From the NCBI RefSeq assembly GCF_963921235.1, contig NC_086097.1, forward strand, positions 207,888,001 through 207,952,000: DNA of 64,000 bases, in the 5' to 3' direction. Of this stretch, positions 13,263 to 25,895 are shown in pieces. Position numbers and translations under genes: made by a program. The notes under the pieces are model-generated. The model was not told where the DNA came from. It worked only from the letters and a program-made list of their open reading frames with translations, and did not search any database. Source of the stretch: Mobula hypostoma. Its lineage: Eukaryota. The stretch's first letter is position 1, and each line of letters begins with the position of its first letter.

Positions 13263-14924
13263 ATAACAACCTTAAAGAACCCATACACAGGAATGCAGCT
13301 AAATGAAACAGCATTCCTCTGGGGCCAAAGTACAATACACATTACCAATAGTTATACACAGTACGCAGCTCACCTAGCACATAGATTTACCGCAGCAGAA
13401 AAGCATGCAGTTACAAAAATATTAATATAATAATAATATAGCTCATCCTTGAGTGTCATGGCCTATAGATTGATGGCGCATGGATGTTGTCCTGGAACCA
13501 TGTTTCTGTGGCAACAAGCTGTAGCAGTTCCTCATTTCATGCAAGTGCAGCTGCAGATGAAGGCAATCCAGCTTGGAGGCTGTTTAATGTCATTTCCAGT
13601 ACTCAAGTGTAAAGGAGAATGAAATAATTGTTACTCAAGATCTGATAGAGCACCAAGTAAAGGATGAAGAACACAATAATAAAAAACACAATAGAAATAC
13701 ATAAGGTAACTTGTATACATAAATGAATTGTAAGCCCATAAAGTGACGCTAGGCACTAGAGTACATGAGAAATGATAAAGTAGTGATGGTTGGGGGTGTG
13801 GAGGGTGCGTTAGTGGGTGGAGGTGCTGATCGGCCTTACTGTTTGGGGAAAGTAATGCAAAATGGAATAAAAATAGCTTTCCTAGCTACTTTCCACTGTC
13901 ATCTCTATGCATACCTCTTATGGAATTGAAATCCCTTCTATCTGAATTGATTAAAATATAGTTTTATCTATTGAACCATTGAAATAAAAGGTTAATACAC
14001 TGTTTCTTTAAATTTAAAGTCCAGTAAGGGTCTTGGCCCAACACATTGATTGTTTATTGCTTCCTATAGGTGCTGCCTAACCTGCTTGAGTTTGTCAGTA
14101 CTTTGTATGTGTTACTCTGGATTTCCAATATTTGAAGTATCATGTGTGTTTATATACACTCCAGACTGCTGTGAAAATCCTCAGTGAATTATTATGGACT
14201 TTCAATCGACCTTGTATGTTTATTTCATGCAAAAGACACTGAATCATAATGTATGTGAGGAAGTCCAGTATTAGGAGCATGAGAGAAAATTTGATTATAA
14301 TTAAATAGTACAAATGAATCTAACAAAATGTATTCTTTTTATTCAATCATCTGCTAAAGCCCCTGCTGTTACTATGTCATTTCTATAAAGAATGTTTATT
14401 GCACTTTTCTGCAACTGATGTATGTTGTTACCCCTTCCTCCATCAAATTGGTTCATTTCTTGTAATGCTTTAAAATCTTGGCTTTCGATCCTGATTTCTT
14501 GTCACTTTTAAATTTTATTAATGCTTTATTTCCATTTTTCTTTATTTGTTCCCAATAATGCAGCTGATGGCGATTTATATAATCAATGAGGACCCAAAGA
14601 AACAGAACATGTTGTTCTAAATCTTTTTCATCACCATGGAAATAGTGAATCCAATTATAGAGTTGTTGCATCATACAAATTTATGGCACAGAAGGAAACC
14701 ATTTCACTTTGTACTAGGTGACAAAGAGCAATTTTGTCAGTTTCCTCCTTGTGAACCTTGAAAGTTGCATACCTTTTGAAGTGTTTTGATTGTCTCCTCT
14801 GTTCCTGTTGTGCATTTCCGACTCCCACCACCATCTATGGGTGTAGTTGTGAGGACTCCACTCCATAGCAACCTTATTTCATTTCATTTGGAGTCTAAGG
14901 AGATATGGTACATCACAGAGGGCA

Positions 14925-16045
14925 GAGCTTAGGATGATGGCACCTAACGGCAATTCTTTTGCTTGCATCTTTAGAAACAGCTGTATTTCTATCTTCAAAT
15001 CTCTTTTTTCCCCTTTTTTTGGGGTTCTTTTGAAGACCCTGACCTGGAGTTACAAGCTGACTTCAGTTCTTTGCAGAAATGGGACCCACTTTCAGGGTCT
15101 CACAACTGGCCGCTATTCGTTATGTCAAAGACGCAGGCTGGAAGACCAGCACACCCTCAGGGTGCCGATTTTTGTGGCTCTGAAAGCGGGCAGATTTGAG
15201 ATCGGTGCTGCCGCCTGATGTGTCATGGGAGTACATGGAAGATCAAAAGCAGTGAGCTGGCTGTGTGCCCAAGGACCCGAGTTCTTTGGGCACAGAGCTC
15301 AGAAAAAGCAACAACAGACATTTAGCTTCATAAATCGGGGAGTTGTTTTGTTATGACTCTCCTCTTGCTGTGAAATGGGAACACCTTTTTTTTCCCTTAT
15401 TAAGGAGCAAGAGAACCTGTGGTATGTCGAATTCCCAGGTGAACAAGTAGTCTTTGGGGTACTGCAAGTCTGTCTTTATTTATGCTTTGCTGTACACTTG
15501 AGTGCTCAGTGGAGGGTGAAGATGCTTTTTTTGCTGTTGGAAAGTAGGGGTTGTTGCTTTGCTGCTGCTTATGCGTGTGGGCACGTGGCCAAGTGGTTAA
15601 GATATTGGACTAGCAACCTGAAGGTCATGAGTTCGAGCCCCAGCCGTGGCAATGTGTTGTGTCCTTGAGCAAGGCACTTAATCACACATTGCTCTGCGAC
15701 GACACTGGTGCCAAGCTGTATGGGTCCTAGTGCCCTTCCCTTGGACAACATTGGTGTCATGGAGAGGGGAGACTTGCAGCATGGGCAGCTGCTGGTCTTC
15801 CATACAACCTTGCCCAGGCCTGCGCCCTGGAGAGTGAAGACTTTCCAGGCGCAGATCCATGGTCTCGCAAGACTACCGGATGCCTTATGCATGGGAGGGG
15901 GGAGCTGGGGGGTGCTTTGGGGTTCTAATATTTGACTGTCATTCATTCTTTGGGGCACTCTGTTTTTGTGGATATTTGCAAAAAAAAAAAAGAATTTCGG
16001 GATGTATAGTGTATCCATTTCTCTGACATTAAATGTACCTATTGA
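14925..16045 (+). mobile_element. Non-coding retroposon-like repeat hosting a SINE insertion
   Basis: GC-richer block with retroposon-like 3' end (TCTCTGACATTAAATGTACCTATTGAA); contiguous across the SINE at a duplicated target site. Confidence 0.45.
15578..15884 (+). mobile_element. tRNA-derived SINE with RTE-like 3' part
   Basis: Pol III A box TGGCCAAGTGG and B box GAGTTCGAGCC; TSD TTATGC(G/A)TG at 15569-15577 and 15885-15893. Confidence 0.8.
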
Positions 16046-17169
16046 AATTTCTGCAGATGTACTGCGGAGAGCATACTGACTGGTTGCCTCAGCTTCTGGT
16101 ATGGAGGTGCCAATGCACAGGGTTGGTAAAGGCTGCAAAGGCTTATAAACTCAGCCTGCTTTGCCATGAGTACTAGACGCCCCACCATCAAGGACACCTT
16201 CAAAAAGGCAATACCTCAGGAAGGCAGCATCTATCATGAAACACCCTCACCATCCAGGACATGTCCTCTTCTCATTAGTACCATAAGGGAGGGAGGTACA
16301 GAAGCACACACTCAGTGTTTTAGGAACAGTTTCTTCTCTGCACTGCACTGCTGCAAAACAACAAATTTCATAGAATTATGTCATTGATACTAAATCTGAT
16401 TCAGATAGGAAAGGTTATGGGCCAGATGCAAAAGGGACTGGCTTGGATGTACATCTTGGCCAGCATGGAGTATGTAAGCTGAAGGGCCCATTGCCGAGCT
16501 GTATGAATCTTGTGATGATTTGCTTTAGAAAGAAATTATACATTGCTACTGTCAAACTGAAATGTCAATTTCTCTTGCACTAACATCTTGGCATTGATAC
16601 AATTAATGGTGGTTTATACTTTGTACTTTATTGTCGCCAAACAATTGATACTAGAACATACAATCAACAGCGATATTTGATTCTGCGCTTCCCACTCTCT
16701 GGATTACAAATCGATAGTAATATAAAAAATTTAAATTATAAATCATAAATAGAAAAATGGAAAGTGAAAAACTGAGATGCAGGTCTGGATATTTGGAGGG
16801 TACGGCCCAGATCCGGGTCAGGATATATGGGCCCAATGCATTACCTTGAACTTTATCAAGGAACGATGAGCAGAAATAGATGAGTTATTAACCAAATGAA
16901 GAATTTTACTCCACTGATTATCTGAAAGTGACTCTTGAACTTCCAGTTCCTAAGCACGTTTAATTTTATCGTTAGATATCATTTGTTAATTCAATATCTG
17001 TTTATAAATTATAGCTATCAACCCTTCTTGAAGTGGTTTAAGCTGAAAAAGAGCATCTGTCATATTAGGTGGATAAGCAGAAGGGTAATTGGGCAGCAAA
17101 CTACATATTTTAAAAAAAAAACCTAATTTGTAAATATCTAAAGAAATGTACATTAGGTAAACCATATTT

Positions 17170-18172
17170 ATCCACTAACTGAGAAAAAGACATTAAACAG
17201 TCCCGTAAAAACAAATCTGAAAAAGCTGTTGTTCCCTTGGTTTTCCAAATTAAAAAGGTCTTATCCAAAAGTGATGGTTTAAAAAAAATAATTAAAATGG
17301 GTATTACTTTTTAACTTAAAAAATCTATGAAACTGAAACCAAATTCTTAAAGTATGTTTAATAATAGGATTAAAATCTTGTCTAGTAATCTTAGAAAACA
17401 AAAAGGGAAGAGGAGTTCCCAGTAAAGACGCCAAAGAGAATCCTTTCACCGAGTTTTCCTCCAAATCCAACCATGAAGGACATTCATGTATGTCTAAGTA
17501 ATGAATCCAAAAAGAAATATATTGAATATTAATTGCCCAATTCTAAAATTTGGCAAAGCCATACCACCATCCTTTTTTAATTTCTGTAATAAAGGTTTAC
17601 TCAATCCAGGATTTTTATTTTTCTAAAGATAAGACTATAGAACCTATTCTATCAAAAAATGTTTTGGGAACAAAGGTAGGAACTGCCTGAAATGTGTATA
17701 AGAATTTCGGTAGAACTATCAATTTAATAGCATTAATTTGACCTATTAATGATAATATCATAGGTGACCATATAGAAAGCATTTGTTGGGTGTAATCAAT
17801 TAATGGGAGAAAATTATATTTATATAGGTCCTTAAAATTTTTAGTAATTTTAATACCAAGATAAGTAAAGTAATTTTTAGTACTACTAAAAGGTACTTGA
17901 TATTGATCTGAGTAATTATTAATGTGAAATAATTCATTTTTATATAAACTTAATTTATATCCAGAAAAACTACTGAATTCAGAAAATATAGATAGCATAG
18001 AAGGAATAGATTTCTTAGGACTGAAATATAAACTAACAGGTCATCTGCATACAGCAAAACCTTGTGTACTTTGTCCCCTCTCTTAATGCCCTGAACAGTA
18101 TTGGAATCTCTAAGAGCAATAGCAAGGGGTTCTAAAGACAAGTTAAATAATATAGGGCTAAGAGGACATCCC
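17170..18172 (-). mobile_element. L1-clade LINE ORF2 RT fragment
   Basis: LEPLAIALR, HKVLLYADDLLVYIS, FSSFSGYKL, FTYLGIKIT, INAIKLIVLPKFLYTFQ are L1 ORF2 motifs. Confidence 0.88.
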
Positions 18173-18179
18173 TCCCAGA

Positions 18180-19110
18180 AAGTAGCTGTTTTAGAGGCTA
18201 GTGTTCTTTGGTGTGAATGCTACATGGCCTCCTCCCTGATGGGAGTGGGTCAGACAGTCTATGCCCTAAGTGGGTGAGATGCTTCATGATATTACTGGCC
18301 CTTTTCCGCCACCTTTCTGTAACTATGTCCCTGACGGCAAGTAGGCTAGTGTTAGTGATGTGTTGAGCAGTTGTAGAGCCTCCCTGTCCACCAGAGCAGT
18401 ATCTGTACCATGCAGTGATGCAGCATATTAGGATGCTCTGTACTTCAGAATAACGTGAGCATACACATGCATAATCCAGCTCTGCTCAGCCTCCTCAGAA
18501 AGTAAAGTCATTGGTGAGCTTTCCTGATTGAGTAGAATGTGTTCTGGGATGATGAGAGGTTGTGCGAGATGTGCACTCCCAGGAGTGTGAAACTGCTTGC
18601 AGTTTCCATTGCTGTGCTGTCGATGTAAAGAGGTGCGTGGTGTGAGTTCTCCTGAAGTTGATGGCCACCTCCTTTCACTTGTTGACATTGAGGAAGAGGT
18701 TATTTCCCTGGCACTAGGCCTCAAGCTCGTGCGATTCCTCTCTGTTGGCCGTCGCATCATTGCTAGTGTTGAACCCCTCCACTGTCGTGTCATCAGCAAA
18801 CTTGACAATGTGATTACTTGGGTCTTTGGCCATGAAGTCATGTGTGAGCAGAGTTTACAGTAAAAGGGCTCAGCACACAGCCCTGAGTGGAGCCTGTGTT
18901 GAGGATAATGGGGAGGAAGTAGCGGTTGTGCATCCTGACTGTCTGAGGTTTGTTGGGCAGAAAGTTGAACACCCAGTGGTGAGATTTAGACTGATGATTA
19001 GTAGCTTGTTCACCGAAGTCTATGGGACAATAATGTTGAATGGTGATCTTTAATCCAGAAGCAGCATTCTGACATAAGTGTCCTTGTTTACTAGGTATGT
19101 CAGGGCCAGA
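18180..19110 (-). mobile_element. Rex1/Babar LINE RT fragment
   Basis: Frameshifted FNIIVP, GSTQGCVLSP, KFADDT-like motifs; same architecture as the Rex1 copy at 36752. Confidence 0.7.
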
Positions 19111-19249
19111 AGCATGACAGATGGTGCAGGGGCAGGAATGGCTACTTCAAGTGCCAGGCTTTAGATGTTTCAGAAAGCACAGGGAGGGAGGCATAAGAGG
19201 TGGGGGCATGGCACTGTTGATCAGAGACAGTATCACGGCTGCAGAAAAG

Positions 19250-22044
19250 GAGACATGGCTCCAGGGTGACCAAGGATGGGAGCTCAACATTCAGGGATAT
19301 TCAGTATTCAGGAGGGATAAACATGAAAGAAAAGGAGGTGGGGTAGCATTGCTGGTTAGAGAGGAGATTAACGCAGTAGAAGGGAAGGACATTAGCCGGG
19401 AGGATGTGGAATCGATATGGGTAGAGCTGCATAACACTAAGGGGCAGAAATCTCCGGTGGGAGTTGTGTACAGGCCACCTAACAGTAGTAGTGAGGTTGG
19501 GGATGGTATTAAACAGGAAATTAAAAATGTGTGCAATAAAGGAACAGCAGTTATAATGGGTGACTTCAATCTTCATATAGATTGGGTGAACCAAATTGGT
19601 AAGGGTGCTGAGGAAGAGGATTTCTTGGAATGTATGCAGGATGGTTTTTTGAACCAACATGTCGAGGAACCAAATAGAGAGCAGGCTATTCTAGTCTGGG
19701 TATTGAGCAATGAGGAAGGGTTAATTAGCAATCTTGTCGTGAGAGGCCCCTTGGGTAAGAGTGACCATAATATGGTGGAATTCTTCATTAAGATGGAGAG
19801 TGACATAGTTAATTCGGAAACTAAGGTTCTGAACTTAAAGAAGGGTAACTTTGAAGGTATGAGACGTGAATTAGCTAAGATAGACTGGCAAATGACACTT
19901 AATGGGTTGACAGTGGATATGCAATGGCAAGCATTTAAAGATCGCATGGATGAACTACAACAATTGTTCATCCCAGTTTGGCAAAAGAATAAATCAAGGA
20001 AGGTAGTACACCCGTGGCTGAGAAGGGAAATTAGGGATAGTCTCAATTCCAAAGAAGAAGCATACAAATTAGCCAGAAAAAGTGGCTCACCTGAGGACTG
20101 GGAGAAATTCAGAGTCCAGCAGAGGAGGACAAAGGGCTTAATTAGGAAGGGGAAAAAAAGAATATGAGAGAAAATTGGCAGGGAACATAAAAACTGACTG
20201 TAAAAGCTTTTATAGATATGTGAAAAGAAAAAGATTGGTTAAGACAAATTGTAGGTCCCCTACAGACAGAAACAGGTGAATTGATTATGGGGAGCAAGGA
20301 CATGGCAGACCAATTGAATAACTACTTTGGTTCTGTCTTCACTAAGGAGGACATAAATAATCTTCCAGAAATAGGGGACAGAGGTTCCAGTGAGATGGAG
20401 GAACTGAGGGAAATGCGTGTTAGTAGGGAAGTGGTGTTAGATAAATTGAAGGGATTAAAGGCAGATAAATCCCCAGGGCCAGATGGTCTGCATCCCAGAG
20501 TGCTTATGGAAGTAGCCCAAGAAATAGTGGATGCATTAGTGATAATTTTTCAAAACCCTTTAGATTCTGGACTAGTTCCTGAGGATTGGAGGATGGCTAA
20601 TGTAACCCCACTTTTTAAAAAAGGAGGGAGAGAGAAACCAGGGAATTATAGACCAGTTAGCCGAACATCGGTGGTGGGGAAAATGCTAGAGTCAGTTATC
20701 AAAGATGTGATAACAGGACATTTGGAAAGCGGTGAAATAATCGGACAAAGTCAGCATGGATTAGTGAAAGGAAAATCATGTCTGACGAATCTCATAGAAT
20801 TTTTTGAGGATGTAACTAGTAGAGTGGATAGGGGAGAACCAGTGGATGTGGTATATTTGGATTTTCAAAAGGCTTTTGACAAGGTCCCACACAGGAGATT
20901 AGTGTGCAAACTTAAAGCACATGGTATTGGGGGTAAGGTATTGATGTGGATAGAGAATTGGTAGGCAGACAGGAAGCAAAGAGTGGTAATAAACAGGACC
21001 TTTTCAGAATGGCAGGCAGTGACCAGTGGGGTACCACAAGGCTCAGTGTTGGGACCCCAGTTGTTTACAATATATATTAATGACTTGGATGAGGGAATTA
21101 AATGCAGCATCTCCAAGTTTGCAGATGACACGAAGCTGGGTGGCTGTGTTAGCTGTGAGGAGGATGCTAAGAGGATGCAGGGTGACTTGGAGAGGTTAGG
21201 TGAGTGGGCAAATTCATGGCAGATGCAATTTAATGTGGATAAATGTGTGGTTATCCACCTTGGTGACAAGAACAGGAAAACAGATTATTATCTGAATGGT
21301 GGCCGATTAGGAAAAGGGGAGGTGCAACGAGACCTGGGTGTCATTATACACCAGTCATTGAAAGTGGGCATGCAGGTACAGCAGGCGGTGAAAAAGGCGA
21401 ATGGTATGCTGGCATTCATAGCAAGAGGATTCGAGTACGGGAGCAGGGAGGTACTACTGCAGTTGTACAAGGCCTTGGTGAGACCACTCCTGGAGAATTG
21501 TGTGCAGTTTTGGTCCCCTAATCTGAGGAAAGACATTCTTGCCATAGAGGGAGTACAAAGAAGGTTCACCAGATTGATTCCTGGGATGGCAGGACTTTCA
21601 TATGATGAAAGACTGGATCAACTAGGCTTATACTCGTTGGAATTTAGAAGATTGAGGGGGGATCTTATTGAAACGTATGAAATCCTAAAGGGATTGGACA
21701 GGCTAGTTGCAGGAAGATTGTTCCCCATGTTGGGGAAGTCCAGAACGAGGGGTCACAGTTTGAGGATAAAGGGGAAGCCTTTTAGGACCGAGATGAGGAA
21801 AACCTTCTTCACACGGAGAGTGGTGAATCTGTGGAATTCTCTGCCACAGGAAACAGTTGAGGCCAGTTCATTGGCTATATTTAAGAGGGAGTTAGATATG
21901 GCCCTTGTGGCTAAAGGGATCAGGGAGTATGGAGGGAAGGCTGGTACAGGGTTCTGAGTTGGATGATCAGCCATGATCATACTGAATGGCGGTGCAGGCT
22001 CAAAGGGCTGAATGGTCTACTCCTGCACCTATTTTCTATGTTTT
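19250..22044 (+). mobile_element. Young CR1 subfamily B, 5'-truncated ORF2 (APE+RT) with two frameshifts and one stop
   Basis: ORFs 19121..20167, 20281..20964, 20983..21957: [36 protein letters not shown]; tail CCTATTTTCTATGTTT. Confidence 0.95.
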
Positions 22045-22304
22045 AAGTCATGGAAGGGTTGTCTACAGAGTCTGAGTGGGAAGTTAGGAATAGGAAGAGG
22101 GTCAATAAATCTACTGGGTGTTTTTTAAAACATAAATTGACCACCCAATAGTATCAGGGACATCGAGGAGCAGATAGGGAGAGAGATTCTGCAAAGGAGT
22201 AATAATAACAGGGTTGTTGTGGTGGGAGATTTAATTACCCAAATATTGATTGGCATCTCCCTGGAGTGAGGGGTTTAGATGAGGTAGAGTTTGTTTTGTG
22301 TGCT

Positions 22305-22656
22305 AAGGCCCCATCTCCCCCTCGTACCCCATCTGTTACTCATTTTTATGCACACATTCTTTCTCTCACTCTCCTTTTTCTCCCTCTGTCCCTCTGAATA
22401 TACCTCTTGCCCATCCTCTGGGTCCCCCCCCCTTGTCTTTCTTCCCGGACCTCCTGTCCCATGATCCTCTCGTATCCCCTTTTGCCTATCACCTGTCCAG
22501 CTCTTGGCTCTATCCCTCCCCCTCCTGTCTTCTCCTATCATTTTGGATCTCCCCCTCCCCCTCCCCCTCCCACTTTCAAATCCCTTACTCACTCTTCCTT
22601 CAGTTAGTCCTGATGGAGGGTCTCGGCCTGAAACGTCGACTGCACCTCTTCCTACA
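22305..22656 (+). mobile_element. Penelope-like element terminal repeat (pLTR) fragment with hammerhead motif
   Basis: Pyrimidine-rich tract then AGTC-CTGATGGA-GGGTCTCGGCCT-GAAA-CGTC-GACT; homologous to 39868-41058 on the opposite strand. Confidence 0.75.
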
Positions 22657-23296
22657 AATGAACTGGCCTCAACTGTTTCCTGTGGTAGAGAATTCCACAG
22701 ATTCACCACTCTCTGTGTGAAGAAGTTTTTCCTAATCTCGTTCCTAAAAGGCTTCCCCTCTATCCTCAAACTGTGACCCCTTGTTTTAGACTTCCCCAAC
22801 ATCGGGAACAATCTTCCTGCATCTAGCCTGTCCAATCCCTTTAGGATTTTATACGTTTCAATCAGATCCTCCCTCAATCTTCTAAATTCCAACGAGTACA
22901 AGCCCAGTTCATCCAGTCTTTCTTTATATGAAAGTCCTGCCATCCCAGGAATCAAACTGGTGAACCTTCTTTGTACTCCCTCTATGGCAAGGATGTCTTT
23001 CCTCAGATTAGGGGACCAAAACTGCACACAATACTCCAGGTGTGGTCTCACCAAGGCCTTGTACAACTGCAGTAGTACCTCCTTGCTCCTGTACTCGAAT
23101 CTTCTCGCTATAAATGCCAGCATACCATTCGCCTTTTTCACCGCCTGCTGTACCTGCATGCCCACTTTCAATGACTGGTGTATAATGACACCCAGGTCTC
23201 GCTGCACCTCCCATTTTCCTAATCGGCCACCATTCAGATAATAATCTGTTTTCCTATTTTTGCCACCAAAGTGGATAACTTCACATTTATCCACAT
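22657..23296 (-). mobile_element. CR1 subfamily B internal RT fragment, inverted, lacking the 3' tail
   Basis: ORF 22275..23294 N-terminal part is near-identical to the 20983..21957 RT C-terminal region. Confidence 0.92.
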
Positions 23297-25895
23297 GTAG
23301 CAGAATCCTCTTTTGAGTCAGTATGGGTAGAAGTCAGGAACAGGAAGGGAGCAGTTACTCTATTGGGAGTATTCTATGGCCCCCTGGTAGTAGCAGAGAT
23401 ACCGAGGAGCAGATAGGGAGGCAGATTTTGGAAAGGTCCAAAAATAACAGGGTTGTTATCATGGCTGACTTTAACTTCCCTAATATTGATTGGCACCTGA
23501 TTAGTTCCAATGGTTTAGATGGGGCCAAGTTTGTTAAGTGTGTCCAGGACAGATTCCTGTCACAGTATGTTGACAGGCCGACTAGGGGGAATACTATACT
23601 AGATCTAGTACTAGGTAATGAACCGGGTCAGGTCACAGATGTCTCAGTGGGTGAGCATCTGGGGGACAGTGACCACCGCTCCCTGGCCTTTAACGTTATC
23701 ATGGAAAAGGATAGAATCAGAGGGGACAGGAAAATTTTTAATTAGGGAAAGGCTAATTATGAGGCTATAAGGCTGGAACTTGCAGGTGTGAATTGGGATG
23801 ATATTTTTGCAGGGAAATGTACTATGGACGTGGTCAATGTTTAGGAATCTCTTGCATAATGTTTGGGATAAATTTGTCCTGGTGAGGAAGATAAAGAATG
23901 GTAGGGTGAAGGAACCATGGGTGACAAGTGAGGTGGAGAATCTAGTCAGGTGGAAGAAGACAGCATACATGAGGTTTAGGAAGCAAGGATCAGATGGGTC
24001 TATTGAGGAATATAGGGAAGCAAGAAAGGAGCTTAAGAAGGGGCTGAGAAGAGCAAGAAGGGGGCATGAGGAGGCCTTGGTGAGTAGAATAAAAGAAAAC
24101 CCCAAAGGTATTCTTCAATTATGTGAAGAGCAAAAGGATGACAGGAGTGAAGGTAGGACAGATTAGAGATAAAGGTGGGAAGATGTGCCTGGAGGCTGTG
24201 GATGTGAGCGAGGTCCTCATTGAATACTTCTCTTCGGTATTTACCAATGAGAGGGAACTTGATGATGGTGAGGACAATATGAGTGAGGTTGATGTTCTGG
24301 AGCATGTTGATATTAAGGGACAGGAGGTGTTGGAGTTGTTAAAATACATTAGGACAGATAAGTCCCCGGGGCCTGATGGAATATTCCCCAGGCTGCTCCA
24401 GGAGGCAAGGAAGCGATTGCTGAGCCTCTGGCTAGGATCTTTATGTCCTCGTTGTCCACAGGAATGGTACCAGTGGATTGGAGGGAGGTGAATGTTGTCC
24501 CCTTGTTCAAAAAAGGTAGTAGGGATAGTCTGAGTAATTATAGACCAGTGAACCATACATCTGTGGTGGGAAAGCTGTTGGAAAAGTTTCTTAGAGAGAG
24601 GATCTCTGGGCATTTAGAGAATCATGGTCTGATCAGGGACAGTCAGCATGGCTTTGTGAAGGGCAGATCATGTCTAGCAAGCCTGATAGAGCTCTTTGAG
24701 GAGGTGACCAGGAATATAGATGAGGGTAGTGCAGTGGATGTGATCTACATGGATTTTAGTAAGGCATTTGAAAAGGTTCCAGACGGTAGGCTTATTCAGA
24801 AAGTCAGAAGGCATGGGATCCAGGGAAGTTTGGCCAGGTGGATTCAGAATTGGCTTGCCTGCAGAAAGCAGAGGGTCATGGTGGAGGGAGTACATTCAGA
24901 TTGGAGGGTTGTGACTAGTGGTGTCCCACAAGGATCTGTTCTGGGACCTCTACTTTTCGTGATTTTTATTAATGACCTGGATGTGGGGTTAGAAGGGTGG
25001 ATTGGCAAGTTTGCAGATGACACAAAGGTTGGTGGTGTTGTAGATAGTGTAGAGGATTGTTGAAGATTGCAGAGAGACATTGATAGGATGCAGAAGTGGG
25101 CTGAGAAGTGGCAGATGGAGTTCAACCCGGAGAAGTGTGAGGTGGTACACTTTGGAAGGACAAACTCCAAGGCAGAGTACAATGTAAATGGCAGGATACT
25201 TGGTAGTGTGGAGGAGCAGAGGGATCTCGGGGTACATATCCACAAATCCCTGAAAGTTGCCTCACAGATGGATAGGGTAGTTAAGAAAGCTTATTGGGTG
25301 TTAGCTTTCATAAATCAAGGGATAGAGTTTAAGAGTCGCGATGTAATGATGCAGCTCTATAAAACTCGGGTTAGGCCACACCTGGAGTACTGAGTCCAGT
25401 TCTGGTCACCTCACTATAGGAAGGATGTGGAACCATTGGAAAGGGTACAGAGCAGATTTACCAGGATGCTGCCTGGTTTAGAGAGTATACATTATGATCA
25501 GAGATTAAGGGAACAAGGGTTTAACTCTTTAGGGAGAAGGAGGATGAGAGGAGACATGATAGAGGTGTACAAGATAATAAGAGGAATATATGGAGTGGAT
25601 AGCCAGCGCCTCTTCCCCAGGGCACCACTGCTCAATACAAGAGGACACGGCTTTAAGTAAGGGGTGGGAAGTTCAAGGGGGATATTAGAGGAAGGTTTTT
25701 CACTCAGAGTGGTTGGTGTGTGGAATGCACTGCCTGAGTCAGTGGTGGAGGCAGATACACATGAAATTTCAGAGACTATCAGACGGGTATATGGAGGAAT
25801 TTAAGGTGGGGGTTATATGGGTGGCATGGTTTAAGGGTCGGCACAACATTGTGGAATAAAGGGCCTGTATTGTGCTGTACTATTCTATGTTCTAT
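23297..25895 (+). mobile_element. CR1 subfamily C, 5'-truncated ORF2 with 3' tail
   Basis: [40 protein letters not shown]; tail TATTCTATGTTCTAT. Confidence 0.93.

Noticed and set aside
15579..15650. tRNA-like sequence with A and B boxes
   Set aside because: Runs on into a SINE body flanked by a TSD and lacks a clean acceptor stem; a SINE head, not a tRNA gene
22275..23294. 339-aa ORF with RT N-part and novel Gly/Arg-rich tail
   Set aside because: CR1 fragment running into the antisense of a pyrimidine-rich Penelope tract; an accidental fusion
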